From a bacterium (GTDB lineage: Bacteria > Patescibacteriota > Dojkabacteria > JAKAPS01 > JAJZLI01): a stretch of 64,000 nt of DNA. Shown piece after piece: positions 8,796 through 18,714 of the stretch. The notes beneath the pieces are model-generated. The model worked only from the letters and a program-made list of their open reading frames with translations. It had not been told where the DNA came from and ran no database searches. Within the stretch, counting starts at the first letter, position 1. Every line of letters begins with the position of its first letter. The DNA lies in contig JAKAWT010000002.1 in NCBI GenBank assembly GCA_021816845.1, positions 33,017 to 97,016 on the forward strand. The letters run 5' to 3'. A program made the position numbers and the translations under genes.

Positions 8796-10619
8796 TTATA
8801 TCTTTTCACTATTTAAAATATCTAAAAGTTCACTCAAAGATAAATTATTAGAATATTTTAGATCTTCCCTCCAGTTTATTGTGAATGCCCACTCATTAGT
8901 ATTTTTTCTGTTTAAAACTTCTTTCTCACCAATAACAATTTTTGCAGGTATTTTTTCTAAAGATGCAGTTCTTATCTTCTTTCCTATTCCCTCTTCAGTA
9001 ATATCTATATCTACTCTTACCCCCAAATTTCTCATGCTGCTAGCCAATTCTATTACATTATCATTATACTTATCAGATACTGATATTAATCTTATCTGTA
9101 TGGGTGCGAATTTTAATGGAAAATTCCCTCCTGTTTGTTCAATCATAAAAGCAATAAATCTCTCATAAGATCCTAATATAGATCTATGTATTACTATGGG
9201 AGTTTCTTCTTTCCCATACTTATTAATATACTTAAGGCCCATCCTACCTGGTACCAAGATGTCTATTTGTATTGTTGCTATCGAATCTTCTTTACCATAT
9301 ACATTCTTAATCTGTACATCCAATTTTGGTCCATAAAATGCTGCCTCTCCAATTTCTTCTTTAAATTCACTATGAGATTCCTTTAAGGCTTCTCTAATAT
9401 TGGATGATGCAAAATCCCACATATCTTTATCTCCTTCATATTTATCTTTCTTAAAGTCAGGGAGTGATAATCTAAAATAGTAATTTTTAATTCCCAAATC
9501 TGTGTATACAGATTGAAATATAGAAAGAACATCCATAAACTCTTTTTTTAGTTGATCTTTTGATACATAAATATGAGAATCATTTTGTGTAATAGGTCCT
9601 CTGACTCTTATAAGACCTGTTAATGTACCAGACCTTTCATTTCTGTATAATGGACTTTCTTCTGCAAGTTTAAAAGGTAACTGTCTATAACTTTGTACCA
9701 TTTTTTCAAATATCATATGATGATGAGGGCAATTCATTGGTTTTACATAAAAAATATTATTCTCCTTATCTTTTATCTGATACATATCTTCACTATAAAA
9801 TTTCACATGACCAGATCTTTCATATAATTTCTTATTTGTTAATATTGGGGTAGATACATACTTATATTCTAAATTTTCTTCTATTTTTCTCATATATCTT
9901 TCTAGAAGATATTTTAATTGTTCCCCATTTGGTAAGAGTAAAGGTAATCCTTGTCCCACATCCTCTGATATCATGAAAATTTTCAATTTTTCACCTATTA
10001 CCCTGTGATCCCTATTTTTATTCTCTTCCCTCTCTTTCAGATAATTTAAAAGGGTACTTTTATCTTTAAAACATACTGAATATATTCTTGTTAACATAGG
10101 ATTTTTCTCATCTCCTCTAAAATATGCCCCAGCTATAGATGTTAATTTAAAAGGACCTATATCTTTTAATGATTTTACATGTCCACCTTTGCAAAGATTT
10201 ATAAAGTCCCCTGTTTTATAGAATGTTACAGTATCACTCCCACTTTTACTTTTATCTTTAGACATCTCACTTTTATTTGTGCTACCCATACTTTCTATAT
10301 CTTTAAGTAGAGATAAAGAATATGGCTGTTTCGTATCTTCTAGAAATTTTTTAGCTTCATCTATAGTCATTTCTATTTTTACAAATGGATAGTCATTTTT
10401 TTGTATTTCTAGCATCTTTTTCTCTATCTTTAGAAGATCTTCCTCTTGTATTTTTATATCCCCAAAATCAAAATCATAATAAAAACCGTCATCAATGGCT
10501 GGTCCTATTGCTAGTTTTACATTTGGATACAGAGTCTGTACAGCATACGCTAATAAATGAGCTCCGGAGTGCCTCATAGCAGTCTCATTTACTTTAATTT
10601 TATTATTATTTCCTCTCAT
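8796..10619 (-). CDS. thrS: Threonyl-tRNA synthetase (no N-terminal TGS domain)
   Basis: RHSGAHLLA, GPAIDDGFYYDF, RDHR, KPMNCPHH, AAFYGPKLD, IHRSILGSYERF. Confidence 0.98.
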   Translation of the reverse strand: MRGNNNKIKVNETAMRHSGAHLLAYAVQTLYPNVKLAIGPAIDDGFYYDFDFGDIKIQEEDLLKIEKKMLEIQKNDYPFVKIEMTIDEAKKFLEDTKQPYSLSLLKDIESMGSTNKSEMSKDKSKSGSDTVTFYKTGDFINLCKGGHVKSLKDIGPFKLTSIAGAYFRGDEKNPMLTRIYSVCFKDKSTLLNYLKEREENKNRDHRVIGEKLKIFMISEDVGQGLPLLLPNGEQLKYLLERYMRKIEENLEYKYVSTPILTNKKLYERSGHVKFYSEDMYQIKDKENNIFYVKPMNCPHHHMIFEKMVQSYRQLPFKLAEESPLYRNERSGTLTGLIRVRGPITQNDSHIYVSKDQLKKEFMDVLSIFQSVYTDLGIKNYYFRLSLPDFKKDKYEGDKDMWDFASSNIREALKESHSEFKEEIGEAAFYGPKLDVQIKNVYGKEDSIATIQIDILVPGRMGLKYINKYGKEETPIVIHRSILGSYERFIAFMIEQTGGNFPLKFAPIQIRLISVSDKYNDNVIELASSMRNLGVRVDIDITEEGIGKKIRTASLEKIPAKIVIGEKEVLNRKNTNEWAFTINWREDLKYSNNLSLSELLDILNSEKI

Positions 10620-10643
10620 TATTATTTTTAGATTTGAGTTCCT

Positions 10644-11249
10644 CTAGATCTCACGAATCTTAATTCTCTTTCTATAAATTATATATATAATGATCACAAC
10701 TACAATAGCTACAGTTATAAATGTTAATGATTGTAGTATTTTCAACAATAAAGGAATATTTTCTCCTAGAGTGTATCCCAATATTCCATATAATGTTGCC
10801 CAAACTATTGCACCAGTTATATTGTATATAAAAAATTGCTTATAATCTAATTTGTGTATACCTGCTGTCACTGGAACAAACATTCTTAATAATGATACAA
10901 ATCTTCCAAAAAATACTGTTTTCATACCATACCTTTTAAAAAATCCTCCTGTATATTCTAAGTAATCTTTCTTTAAGGAAAATGTTTTATGGATATATAT
11001 TGATGCTCTCTTACCATATTTCCTACCTATTAGATATCCAAGATTATCACCTATAGATGCACCTAAGATTGCAAATAATATAACCAATGTAATATGAAAT
11101 CTTGTAGGTGCTAACGCTGCATATACTGCCCCAGCAATAAGTGAAGTTTCTCCTGGAAGAGGAACTCCAAGTGTTTCGATCATTATAAATAAAGCTATTA
11201 TTATATAACCATAATTATTTATAAGATTCATTATTAAATGTAGAAGCAT
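10644..11249 (-). CDS. DedA family membrane protein (paralog 1)
   Basis: ETLGVPLPGETSL, GDNLGYLIGR, FFGRFVSLLR, F..YN..GAIVW. Confidence 0.92.
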   Translation of the reverse strand: MLLHLIMNLINNYGYIIIALFIMIETLGVPLPGETSLIAGAVYAALAPTRFHITLVILFAILGASIGDNLGYLIGRKYGKRASIYIHKTFSLKKDYLEYTGGFFKRYGMKTVFFGRFVSLLRMFVPVTAGIHKLDYKQFFIYNITGAIVWATLYGILGYTLGENIPLLLKILQSLTFITVAIVVVIIIYIIYRKRIKIREI

Positions 11250-11300
11250 ATTTTCTCCTTTAATACTAGGGTATCTTAGTACTAGTATTTTTACTATCTA

Positions 11301-11377
11301 TGGTGGGTCCGACAGGATTTGAACCTGTGACCTCAACAATGTCGATGTTGCGCTCTAACCAACTGAGCTACGAACCC
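11301..11377 (-). tRNA. tRNA-Val(GAC), CCA encoded
   Basis: Cloverleaf GGGTTCG...CGGACCC-ACCA; anticodon arm CAACA-TCGACAT-TGTTG. Confidence 0.93.
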
Positions 11378-11383
11378 CTAAGA

Positions 11384-11962
11384 TTATCTTATTATTTTAT
11401 CAATCAACCCATATTCTAAGGCTTCCTTAGGACTCATCCAGAAATCCCTATCGGCATCTTTTTCAATTTTAGATTTTTTAACACCTGTATTTTTTGCTAA
11501 TATAGTATTGATAGTATCCTTTGCAGTCAATATTCTTCTTGCCGAAATCTCAATATCCGAAGCTTGGCCTTCTGCTCCACCTAATGGTTGATGTATTAAT
11601 ATTGAAGAATTTGGTAGAGAGAATCGCTTACCTTTTTTCCCTGATGATAGTAGGAAAGCACCCATGGAAGCTGCTATACCTATAGCTATAGTAGACACAT
11701 CGGGATGTATGTGATTCATCGTATCATATATTGCCATCCCAGCGTCTATTGACCCTCCTGGGGAATTTATATACATTGAAATATCCTTATTTGTATCTTC
11801 TTTTTGCAAAAATAGAAGTTGCGCTATTACTAGGTTAGCAGTCTCATCGTCGATTACACCACCTAAAAAGACTATTCTTTCCTTTAGTAGTCTTGAATAT
11901 ATGTCATAAGCTCTTTCTCCTTGAGAGCTCCTTTCTATTACTGTAGGTATTAAAATACTCAT
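11384..11962 (-). CDS. clpP: ATP-dependent Clp protease proteolytic subunit
   Basis: [24 protein letters not shown] (catalytic Ser), IHQP, DRDFWM. Confidence 0.98.
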   Translation of the reverse strand: MSILIPTVIERSSQGERAYDIYSRLLKERIVFLGGVIDDETANLVIAQLLFLQKEDTNKDISMYINSPGGSIDAGMAIYDTMNHIHPDVSTIAIGIAASMGAFLLSSGKKGKRFSLPNSSILIHQPLGGAEGQASDIEISARRILTAKDTINTILAKNTGVKKSKIEKDADRDFWMSPKEALEYGLIDKIIR

Positions 11963-11964
11963 TA

Positions 11965-13041
11965 TTATTTTCCTTCGTGTCTAGACTTGTTGGGTCTGGA
12001 TCCTTTTACAATATTAACTGAGGCAGTCATCACCTTATTATACAATATTGTGTTAAATATTTCTTCTAATTCAGATCTACTATCTTTTATTTGATTAATT
12101 TGCTCAGAAGTAAGACTAGATAATCTCTCTTCTATATCTTCTTTAGTTACAGTTATAGAGTTAGTTGCAGCAAAATCTTGTATAAATAAATCTAATTTTA
12201 ATTGCCTTATTATATCTTGTTCAAGGCTAGCTACAACTTTCTCATGAGTTGTTCCTATATTTTTGAAATATTCATCCATACTTATTCCCTGACTCTCAAC
12301 AAATTGTCTAGTTCTATCAATTGATGATGTAACATAATTTGTAATGATATATTCTGGAATATCTTCTTTTTTTAGTATTACTGCATCTATTATTGCTTCT
12401 ATTATCATGTTATCTAGAATATTATCTATAGATATATCCTTATTATTTATAAAATTCTCATATGCAGATTTCTCTTCATCTGTCTTAGGATTCTTGTACT
12501 TTTCAGATGTTTTATTATACTCTTCTTCTGCTGTCTCCCTTGGTATATTTATATTATTTAGGTTAACTTTATTAATTTTAGGCTTTATGTAACCTGAAAA
12601 GTTTAATTCTATATCACGATCTTCTCTCATTTCATCTATGAAGTTTTGATTGATGGATATACTCATTAAATCTTTAATTTGACTAACTATAAAATCATTA
12701 ATTATATGATTAATTTCATCATATGCATCTTTAAAAATAACTTCATTGTATTTTTGGAAAACTAATTTTTGTGGGGCATTTCCTTTTCTAAAACCCTTTA
12801 TTTCAGTATTCCTTATATAATTATTAGTTACATCATCTATAGTTTTTTTTATTAGCTCTTTAGGAATTTTTGTAGTGAAAGCAATACTAGATTTCTCACC
12901 TTTATTAATATTTAATATCTCTATATCCTTGAGTCTAGATTCTTTGGATTTAGGTTCTCTGAGCTTAGACTCTTTAATTATAGTTTTTTTTGGTTTTTGT
13001 ATCGTATCTTTTTTATTAGCTTTCATAATATTCTTCATCAT
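11965..13041 (-). CDS. tig: Trigger factor, divergent and apparently lacking the FKBP PPIase domain (start may be 13026)
   Basis: Ribosome-binding signature [10 protein letters not shown]; helical C-domain; directly upstream of clpP (conserved synteny). Confidence 0.85.
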   Translation of the reverse strand: MMKNIMKANKKDTIQKPKKTIIKESKLREPKSKESRLKDIEILNINKGEKSSIAFTTKIPKELIKKTIDDVTNNYIRNTEIKGFRKGNAPQKLVFQKYNEVIFKDAYDEINHIINDFIVSQIKDLMSISINQNFIDEMREDRDIELNFSGYIKPKINKVNLNNINIPRETAEEEYNKTSEKYKNPKTDEEKSAYENFINNKDISIDNILDNMIIEAIIDAVILKKEDIPEYIITNYVTSSIDRTRQFVESQGISMDEYFKNIGTTHEKVVASLEQDIIRQLKLDLFIQDFAATNSITVTKEDIEERLSSLTSEQINQIKDSRSELEEIFNTILYNKVMTASVNIVKGSRPNKSRHEGK

Positions 13042-13486
13042 CTAACTTAGAAGTTATGTTGGATATATATTCATCTTCTTCCTCAAAGAAATCATTATCA
13101 TGTAAAGTATCTCTTTCTGTATCTAATAGATCGGTATTTCTCTTAACTTTTGGCTTCTTTTTTAAAGGTTTACCACATATTGGGCAAAAATCAGCCTCTA
13201 GAACGTCTTCCTTACAATTAACGCACTTAACAACTTTAATATCTGATGCTATATTAGGTATATCCTCTGTGACTATAGGGATTTCAGGTATATCAATTAA
13301 TTCTTCATCGGTATTCTCATCTATTGCAACTTCAGGTATTGTATCTACTAGAATATCTTCATCTAAGAATATATTGTCAATTTCTTCCTCCCTATCATCA
13401 CTTATTATTGGTTCTTCATCTTGTATACCGATCAATTCAGATTTCGATTCATTCTTTTTATTTGTATTTTTTTTAATTTTTGACAT
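13016..13486 (-). CDS. Highly acidic hypothetical protein with a central zinc ribbon
   Basis: CVNC-x9-CPICG flanked by D/E-rich tracts; overlaps the tig start. Confidence 0.8.
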   Translation of the reverse strand: MSKIKKNTNKKNESKSELIGIQDEEPIISDDREEEIDNIFLDEDILVDTIPEVAIDENTDEELIDIPEIPIVTEDIPNIASDIKVVKCVNCKEDVLEADFCPICGKPLKKKPKVKRNTDLLDTERDTLHDNDFFEEEDEYISNITSKLDDEEYYES

Positions 13487-13601
13487 ACCTTGGACGTATA
13501 ATATATTTAAGTTAATATAACATTAATCTGTTTATAGATTCGCATTATATCAAAATTTTGTATCATATTGTATACTTCTTTATATATTATATATACCCAA
13601 A

Positions 13602-14219
13602 ATGTCTAGTAGTATTATTATTACAATAAGTAACTTGATTATTCATGTGATAACTAAGTTTTCATATACAGGGATTTTTCTATTTATGACCATGGAGAGT
13701 TTAAATATTCCTATTCCATCTGAAGTTGTAATGACATTCTCTGGTTTTTTAGTGGCTTTCGGTAAATTAAATTTTTATTTAGTTGTTATAGCTGGTACAT
13801 TAGGGAATCTTTTTGGATCAGTATTGTCATACTATATTGGAACTCTTGGTGAAGATTTTCTAGAAAAATATGGGAAATATTTGTTTATTAGTAAATCTGA
13901 CCTTGATACTGCTCACATATGGTTTTTAAAGTATGGAGATGTAACCATATTAGTCTCTAGATTTCTACCTATTTTTAGGACATTTATATCTTTTCCAGCA
14001 GGGATAGCTAGAATGGATTTTAGAAAATTTATTTTATATACATTTATAGGTTCACTAATTTGGGCTATAGTACTTACTTATATAGGATTTTTATTTGGAT
14101 ATCAGTGGCAATATTTTGCAAAAATAATAGAATCTCTGTCAAACTATATTCTTATTGTAATTATTATCGGATTAATTTTTATCATAATAAGACATATAAG
14201 GAATGTTAGGAGAGAATGA
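13602..14219 (+). CDS. DedA family membrane protein (paralog 2)
   Basis: MESLNIPIPSEVVM, GNLFGS, WF.KYG, SRFLPIFRTFISFPAG. Confidence 0.93.
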   Translation: MSSSIIITISNLIIHVITKFSYTGIFLFMTMESLNIPIPSEVVMTFSGFLVAFGKLNFYLVVIAGTLGNLFGSVLSYYIGTLGEDFLEKYGKYLFISKSDLDTAHIWFLKYGDVTILVSRFLPIFRTFISFPAGIARMDFRKFILYTFIGSLIWAIVLTYIGFLFGYQWQYFAKIIESLSNYILIVIIIGLIFIIIRHIRNVRRE

Positions 14220-15270
14220 TGGTTTTGTGCATTAATTTTGTTATCTCTTTTGATGTCTTCTCCCATGTATATTTTTTAACTTCAATAAGTCCTAGTTTTA
14301 TTAATTCATCACTATTTTCATAGGCAGTAATGATACCATTTGCAATATCAAAAAAGTTATCAGGATCAACTAAGACTGATGCAGATTCTCCAATTTCTTT
14401 GGTTGCAGATACATTAGATGTTACTACTGGAGTACCTGAAGAATATGCCTCTAGTATAGGTATTCCGAAACCTTCCTCTTTTGAAGCATATACAAATACA
14501 TCGCTTTTGTGAAAATAATTTACCAATTCAGTATTTGATACGTATCCTGTTATGATTACGTTGTCTTCTACCTTTAAATCCTTAATTATCTTCTGTAGAT
14601 TGATATAATCATCCCCATATTTACCTATAATTGTTAATTTTACAGTATCAAATTTATCCTTTAATATTGGTATAGTTTTAACTATATGAGTAAAATTCTT
14701 TCTCTTATTAATGGTGCCCACACAAAGGACTTGTAACTTCCCTGTTTTCTTTCTTTTTTTCTCAAATTTATATAAATTTCTATCACATGATTCATATATA
14801 ATTTTGATCTTATTTTCCTTAATTTTAAAATTATCTAATATTTGATCTTTCGTAAATTTTGATACAGCTATAATCTTAGTTGCTGTATTTAGTGAATGTT
14901 TAATAAAGAATATAGTTGTTTTTACTTTCTTTGGGTTCATATATTTGAATGATAGATCATGTACTACAACTATGGATTTAATTCTGGTAAATAGTGGAAT
15001 AGAAGGTACAGGTGAAAAAATTAAGCCTGGCTTATCTTTCCTAAGTTGTAGAGGAAGAAATAAATGCATCCAAAGAGGTTTATCCTTTATATATTTAAAT
15101 TGTATATTTTTATATTCATGATTTTCATATTTATGGTTTATATATACAGTAAATCTGAAATCATTGTATTTATCAAATTCTTTTAGAATATTAATAGTAT
15201 AATTTTCAATACCAGTTTCTTCTCTATTTAGTATATTTTTAGCTATTATCGCTATATTGTGTTTATTCAT
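14206..15270 (-). CDS. Glycosyltransferase family 4 (GT-B fold)
   Basis: TGIENY, VVHDL, IIAVSKFTK, RKN, EEGFGIPILEAYSSGTPVVTS (EX7E motif). Confidence 0.93.
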   Translation of the reverse strand: MNKHNIAIIAKNILNREETGIENYTINILKEFDKYNDFRFTVYINHKYENHEYKNIQFKYIKDKPLWMHLFLPLQLRKDKPGLIFSPVPSIPLFTRIKSIVVVHDLSFKYMNPKKVKTTIFFIKHSLNTATKIIAVSKFTKDQILDNFKIKENKIKIIYESCDRNLYKFEKKRKKTGKLQVLCVGTINKRKNFTHIVKTIPILKDKFDTVKLTIIGKYGDDYINLQKIIKDLKVEDNVIITGYVSNTELVNYFHKSDVFVYASKEEGFGIPILEAYSSGTPVVTSNVSATKEIGESASVLVDPDNFFDIANGIITAYENSDELIKLGLIEVKKYTWEKTSKEITKLMHKTIILS

Positions 15271-15370
15271 TTAATCTTAGAAGATATAAATCAGATGCTC
15301 TATGAGATGTTAGTCCTTTGTCTATCACTTGTAAATAAAGCCTACTATATGAGACAATTATAGATCATGT

Positions 15371-15442
15371 GAGGGTATAGCTCAACGGTAGAGCATCAGC
15401 CTCTTAAGCTGTTGGTTCTGGGTTCGAATCCCAGTGCCCTCA
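15371..15442 (+). tRNA. tRNA-Lys(CTT)
   Basis: GAGGGTA...TGCCCTC-A acceptor; anticodon loop CTCTTAA; TTCGAAT T-loop; CCA not encoded. Confidence 0.93.
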
Positions 15443-15558
15443 AGTAAGCGCTGTCAATAATATCTAAAGTATAGCAATTTATTGATTGAGTTAACATTTC
15501 CAAGGTATCTATATCAGAAGATTAGAATAAAATTTTAATTATTATTGTTTCTCCATAA

Positions 15559-15633
15559 AGCACCTAGAGAGATTTGAACTCCCGACATTCTCGTCCGAAG
15601 CGAGATGCTCTATCCAGACTGAGCTATAGGTGC
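15559..15633 (-). tRNA. tRNA-Arg(TCG)
   Basis: GCACCTA...TAGGTGC; anticodon arm TCTCG-CTTCGGA-CGAGA. Confidence 0.93.
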
Positions 15634-15638
15634 AAAAT

Positions 15639-15711
15639 CGCTCTCGGCAGGACTCGAACCTGCACTCTTCTCCTTAGAAGGGAGTTGCTTTATCCATTAA
15701 GCTACGAAAGC
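15639..15711 (-). tRNA. tRNA-Arg(TCT)
   Basis: GCTTTCG...CGAGAGC-G; anticodon loop CTTCTAA; TTCGAGT T-loop. Confidence 0.93.
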
Positions 15712-15721
15712 ATAATATTTA

Positions 15722-15798
15722 TGGGGTAAATGGTGGGGTTTGAACCCACGACCTACCGCTCCACAGGCGGTCGCTCTACCAACTGAGCTACATTCACC
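15722..15798 (-). tRNA. tRNA-His(GTG), with encoded G-1 and CCA
   Basis: G-GTGAATG...CATTTAC-C-CCA; anticodon arm ACCGC-CTGTGGA-GCGGT. Confidence 0.95.
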
Positions 15799-15872
15799 AT
15801 CAACTCAAAGATCTTTACCTAAGTTAACTCTTAGATCCACTAATTCTAACATAAAGTATCTTAAAAATTAAA

Positions 15873-16478
15873 TTATAATGATATATTCTGCCCTATTTTT
15901 ATGTTGTATGTATTTACAAATTGAGGTGTAATCTCTATAACATATTTAGAATTATAATATGGAAAAAGAATTTTACAATAATTTCCTGTACAAGGTTGTG
16001 CCTGTATTATTTGGTTAATAGTTAAATTATTTGATATAAATAGCATATCTAAAGGAATTAGAGTATTTGCCATCCAGAATGGGTGAATTTTATAGTTTTT
16101 AAAATAGAAAATCATACCTTGAAATCCAGAATCTATAGGAATACTTTTTAGATACATTAAACCAGCATTTTGCTGTTTGGTTGTTAATGCCTCCTTTATA
16201 GATATACTTATTCCATTAATTTGTATTGTTTTTACTGGTTCCTCTGATCTTAACAAAAATGCTTCAGCTTTAGTTATAACATCACCATCAGTATTTTTAT
16301 TTACATATAGATTCCCATTTTTATATATTGATGTATTATTGATAGTTTTATTAATTTTATGATTCTGGTTTGTATAGACAATGAATAATACTATTACTAT
16401 AAAAATAAAAGGTATAGATATATATCTCGTGAATAGGTAGAAAAATTGATTATCTTTCATATATACATAGTCTATCAT
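15873..16478 (-). CDS. DUF192 family membrane-anchored protein
   Basis: N-terminal TM; GLMY, GMIFYF, FWMANTLIPLDMLFI, PC...C, YVIE. Confidence 0.88.
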   Translation of the reverse strand: MIDYVYMKDNQFFYLFTRYISIPFIFIVIVLFIVYTNQNHKINKTINNTSIYKNGNLYVNKNTDGDVITKAEAFLLRSEEPVKTIQINGISISIKEALTTKQQNAGLMYLKSIPIDSGFQGMIFYFKNYKIHPFWMANTLIPLDMLFISNNLTINQIIQAQPCTGNYCKILFPYYNSKYVIEITPQFVNTYNIKIGQNISL

Positions 16479-16493
16479 ATATTTTATCTAAAT

Positions 16494-16522
16494 TTGACAA
16501 AAAGTATTTTTTACATTATTCT
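16494..16522 (+). promoter_or_regulatory. Sigma70-type promoter TTGACA-17nt-TATTCT for pyrG-dcd-glyA-folD
   Basis: Perfect -35, canonical spacing, 11 nt before ATG 16534. Confidence 0.65.
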
Positions 16523-16533
16523 CTCATCATTGT

Positions 16534-18147
16534 ATGAAGCTAATATTTATCTCTGGAGGTGTAATCTCTGGAATTGGAAAAGGAATAACTGCCGCATCTT
16601 TGGGATTGCTTCTTGAAAAGCAAGGATATAAGGTCTCCTTTTTAAAGTGTGATCCGTATATAAACATCGATGCTGGTACCATGAACCCAATTGAACATGG
16701 GGAGGTTTTTGTAACAGATGATGGGTATGAAATGGATATGGACGGTGGTCACTATGAAAGATTTATGGGAATAAATGTTTCAAGGACTAATGCTATTACT
16801 ACTGGTCAGATATATTCTAGAGTTATTCAGAATGAACGCAATTTAAAATATGATGGTGCTTGTGTAGAAGTAATTCCCCATATAAGGGATGAAATTGTCT
16901 CTAGAATAGAAGAAGCATATAACCATGATGAAATTCTAATAATAGAAATAGGTGGAACTATTGGTGAATACCAAAACGATATATATTATGAGGCTGAGAG
17001 ATATCTAAAAAGAAAATTAAAAGAGGATCTTCTCCATATACATATATCCTATCTTCCTGTGCCAAAAAGTATAGGAGAAATGAAAACTAAACCTACACAG
17101 CAATCTGTTATGCATCTTAATCAGAGAGGAATATTTCCAGATATAATAGTTGGAAGATCAGATTCTCCTATTGATAAACTCAGAAGGAAAAAAATTGCAA
17201 TTGCAACTAATGTAGAAGAAGATTGCGTATTTTCAAACACAGATGTATCAAGTATTTATAAAGTTCCCTATAATTTTTACTTACAGAAATTAGATATCAA
17301 AGTACTTGATTTTCTTAATCTTGAATCTAAAAATATTGATATGGAGGATTGGAAAGCACTTATATCTTCTATAGATACAAACTATAAAAAAACTATAACT
17401 ATAGGAATGGTAGGAAAATATCATACAAGTGGTTCATTTTCATTAGAGGATGCTTATGTATCAGTCGTAGAATCAATTAAAATTGCATGCTGGAGTGAAA
17501 AAATTAATTTTAAAATAAAATGGCTGGATTCTGAAAATATAAATATGAACGTACTTAAAACTTGTAACGGGATTATTGTCCCAGGGGGTTTTGGTGAGAG
17601 AGGTATAGAAGGAAAGATTAAAGCTATTAAGTATGCTAGGGAAAATAATATCCCATATTTCGGTCTTTGTTATGGTATGCAACTTGCGGCAGTAGAATTT
17701 GCAAGAAATGTTATTGGTCTTAAAAAAGCGAATTCAGAGGAAGTGAATCCCAAAGTTCCAGATCTCATTATACATATTATGCCTGATCAGGAAAAAAAAT
17801 TACTAGCTAAAGATTATGGAGGGAGTATGAGGTTAGGTGCTTGGGAATGTGTGCTTTTAAAAGATAGTATAGCGTATGAAGCCTATAGGAAAGACAAGAT
17901 ATCAGAACGTCATAGGCATAGATATGAGTTTAATAATAGATATAGAAAAGTGTTTGAAAATAAAGGTATGATATTCAGTGGTCTTTCCCCAGATTCTAAA
18001 CTTGTTGAGATAATGGAACTTAAAAATCATCCATTTTTTGTAGGTGTACAATTTCATCCTGAATTTAAATCAAAACCACTCAGTCCACATCCTTTGTTTG
18101 TAAAATTTATTTCAAGTTGTATAAAGAATAAAGGAGGTCAAGTTTGA
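16534..18147 (+). CDS. pyrG: CTP synthase
   Basis: GGVISGIGKG, DPYINIDAGTM, KTKPTQ, GLCYGMQ, ERHRHRYE, QFHPEF. Confidence 0.98.
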   Translation: MKLIFISGGVISGIGKGITAASLGLLLEKQGYKVSFLKCDPYINIDAGTMNPIEHGEVFVTDDGYEMDMDGGHYERFMGINVSRTNAITTGQIYSRVIQNERNLKYDGACVEVIPHIRDEIVSRIEEAYNHDEILIIEIGGTIGEYQNDIYYEAERYLKRKLKEDLLHIHISYLPVPKSIGEMKTKPTQQSVMHLNQRGIFPDIIVGRSDSPIDKLRRKKIAIATNVEEDCVFSNTDVSSIYKVPYNFYLQKLDIKVLDFLNLESKNIDMEDWKALISSIDTNYKKTITIGMVGKYHTSGSFSLEDAYVSVVESIKIACWSEKINFKIKWLDSENINMNVLKTCNGIIVPGGFGERGIEGKIKAIKYARENNIPYFGLCYGMQLAAVEFARNVIGLKKANSEEVNPKVPDLIIHIMPDQEKKLLAKDYGGSMRLGAWECVLLKDSIAYEAYRKDKISERHRHRYEFNNRYRKVFENKGMIFSGLSPDSKLVEIMELKNHPFFVGVQFHPEFKSKPLSPHPLFVKFISSCIKNKGGQV

Positions 18148-18148
18148 A

Positions 18149-18706
18149 ATGGTACTATCTGATGGAGATATATTGAAAGAAATAAAAAAAGGAGAGTTGA
18201 AGATAAAACCATTTAAAAAGGATTCAATACAACCTTCATCTTATGATTTACATATTTCATCTAAATTTTTAATTTTTAAGAACAGTAAAATACCATACAT
18301 TGATGTAAAGGAAGATATGGATAATACTGAACTTGTAGATGTTAAAGGTAAAGGTTTTTTTTTCCTCCATCCTGGTGAATTTGTACTATCTTCTACTTTA
18401 GAGTATATAAGTAATCCAGATTATTTGGTGGCTAGGATTGAGGGTAAATCATCATTAGGAAGGATTGGACTTATTATACACGCAACAGCAGGATTTGTTG
18501 ATCCAGGATTCAGAGGAACGTTAACTCTAGAAATGACAAATTTAATCAACACACCTATAAAAATATATGTTGGAATGAAAATAGCTCAATTAGCATTTTT
18601 TACTATGACTTCCCCTTCCAAAAAATCCTATGGAGAGTATAATAATAAATATAACAATCAAAAAGATCCAACAAAAAGCCATTATTTTAAAAATTTTAGT
18701 AAATAA
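18149..18706 (+). CDS. dcd: dCTP deaminase (possibly bifunctional dCTP deaminase/dUTPase)
   Basis: QPSSYDL, EGKSSLGRIGL..HATAGFVDPGFRGTLTLE, IAQL. Confidence 0.93.
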   Translation: MVLSDGDILKEIKKGELKIKPFKKDSIQPSSYDLHISSKFLIFKNSKIPYIDVKEDMDNTELVDVKGKGFFFLHPGEFVLSSTLEYISNPDYLVARIEGKSSLGRIGLIIHATAGFVDPGFRGTLTLEMTNLINTPIKIYVGMKIAQLAFFTMTSPSKKSYGEYNNKYNNQKDPTKSHYFKNFSK

Positions 18707-18714
18707 TAAATAAA

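Noticed and set aside
15271-15872. Integrated element or att site at the tRNA clusters (also at 11301, 48323, 49881); small hairpin at about 15810-15837
   Set aside because: No integrase, no duplicated tRNA 3' ends and no phage or transposase genes. The hairpin is short and AT-rich, likely just the tRNA leader.
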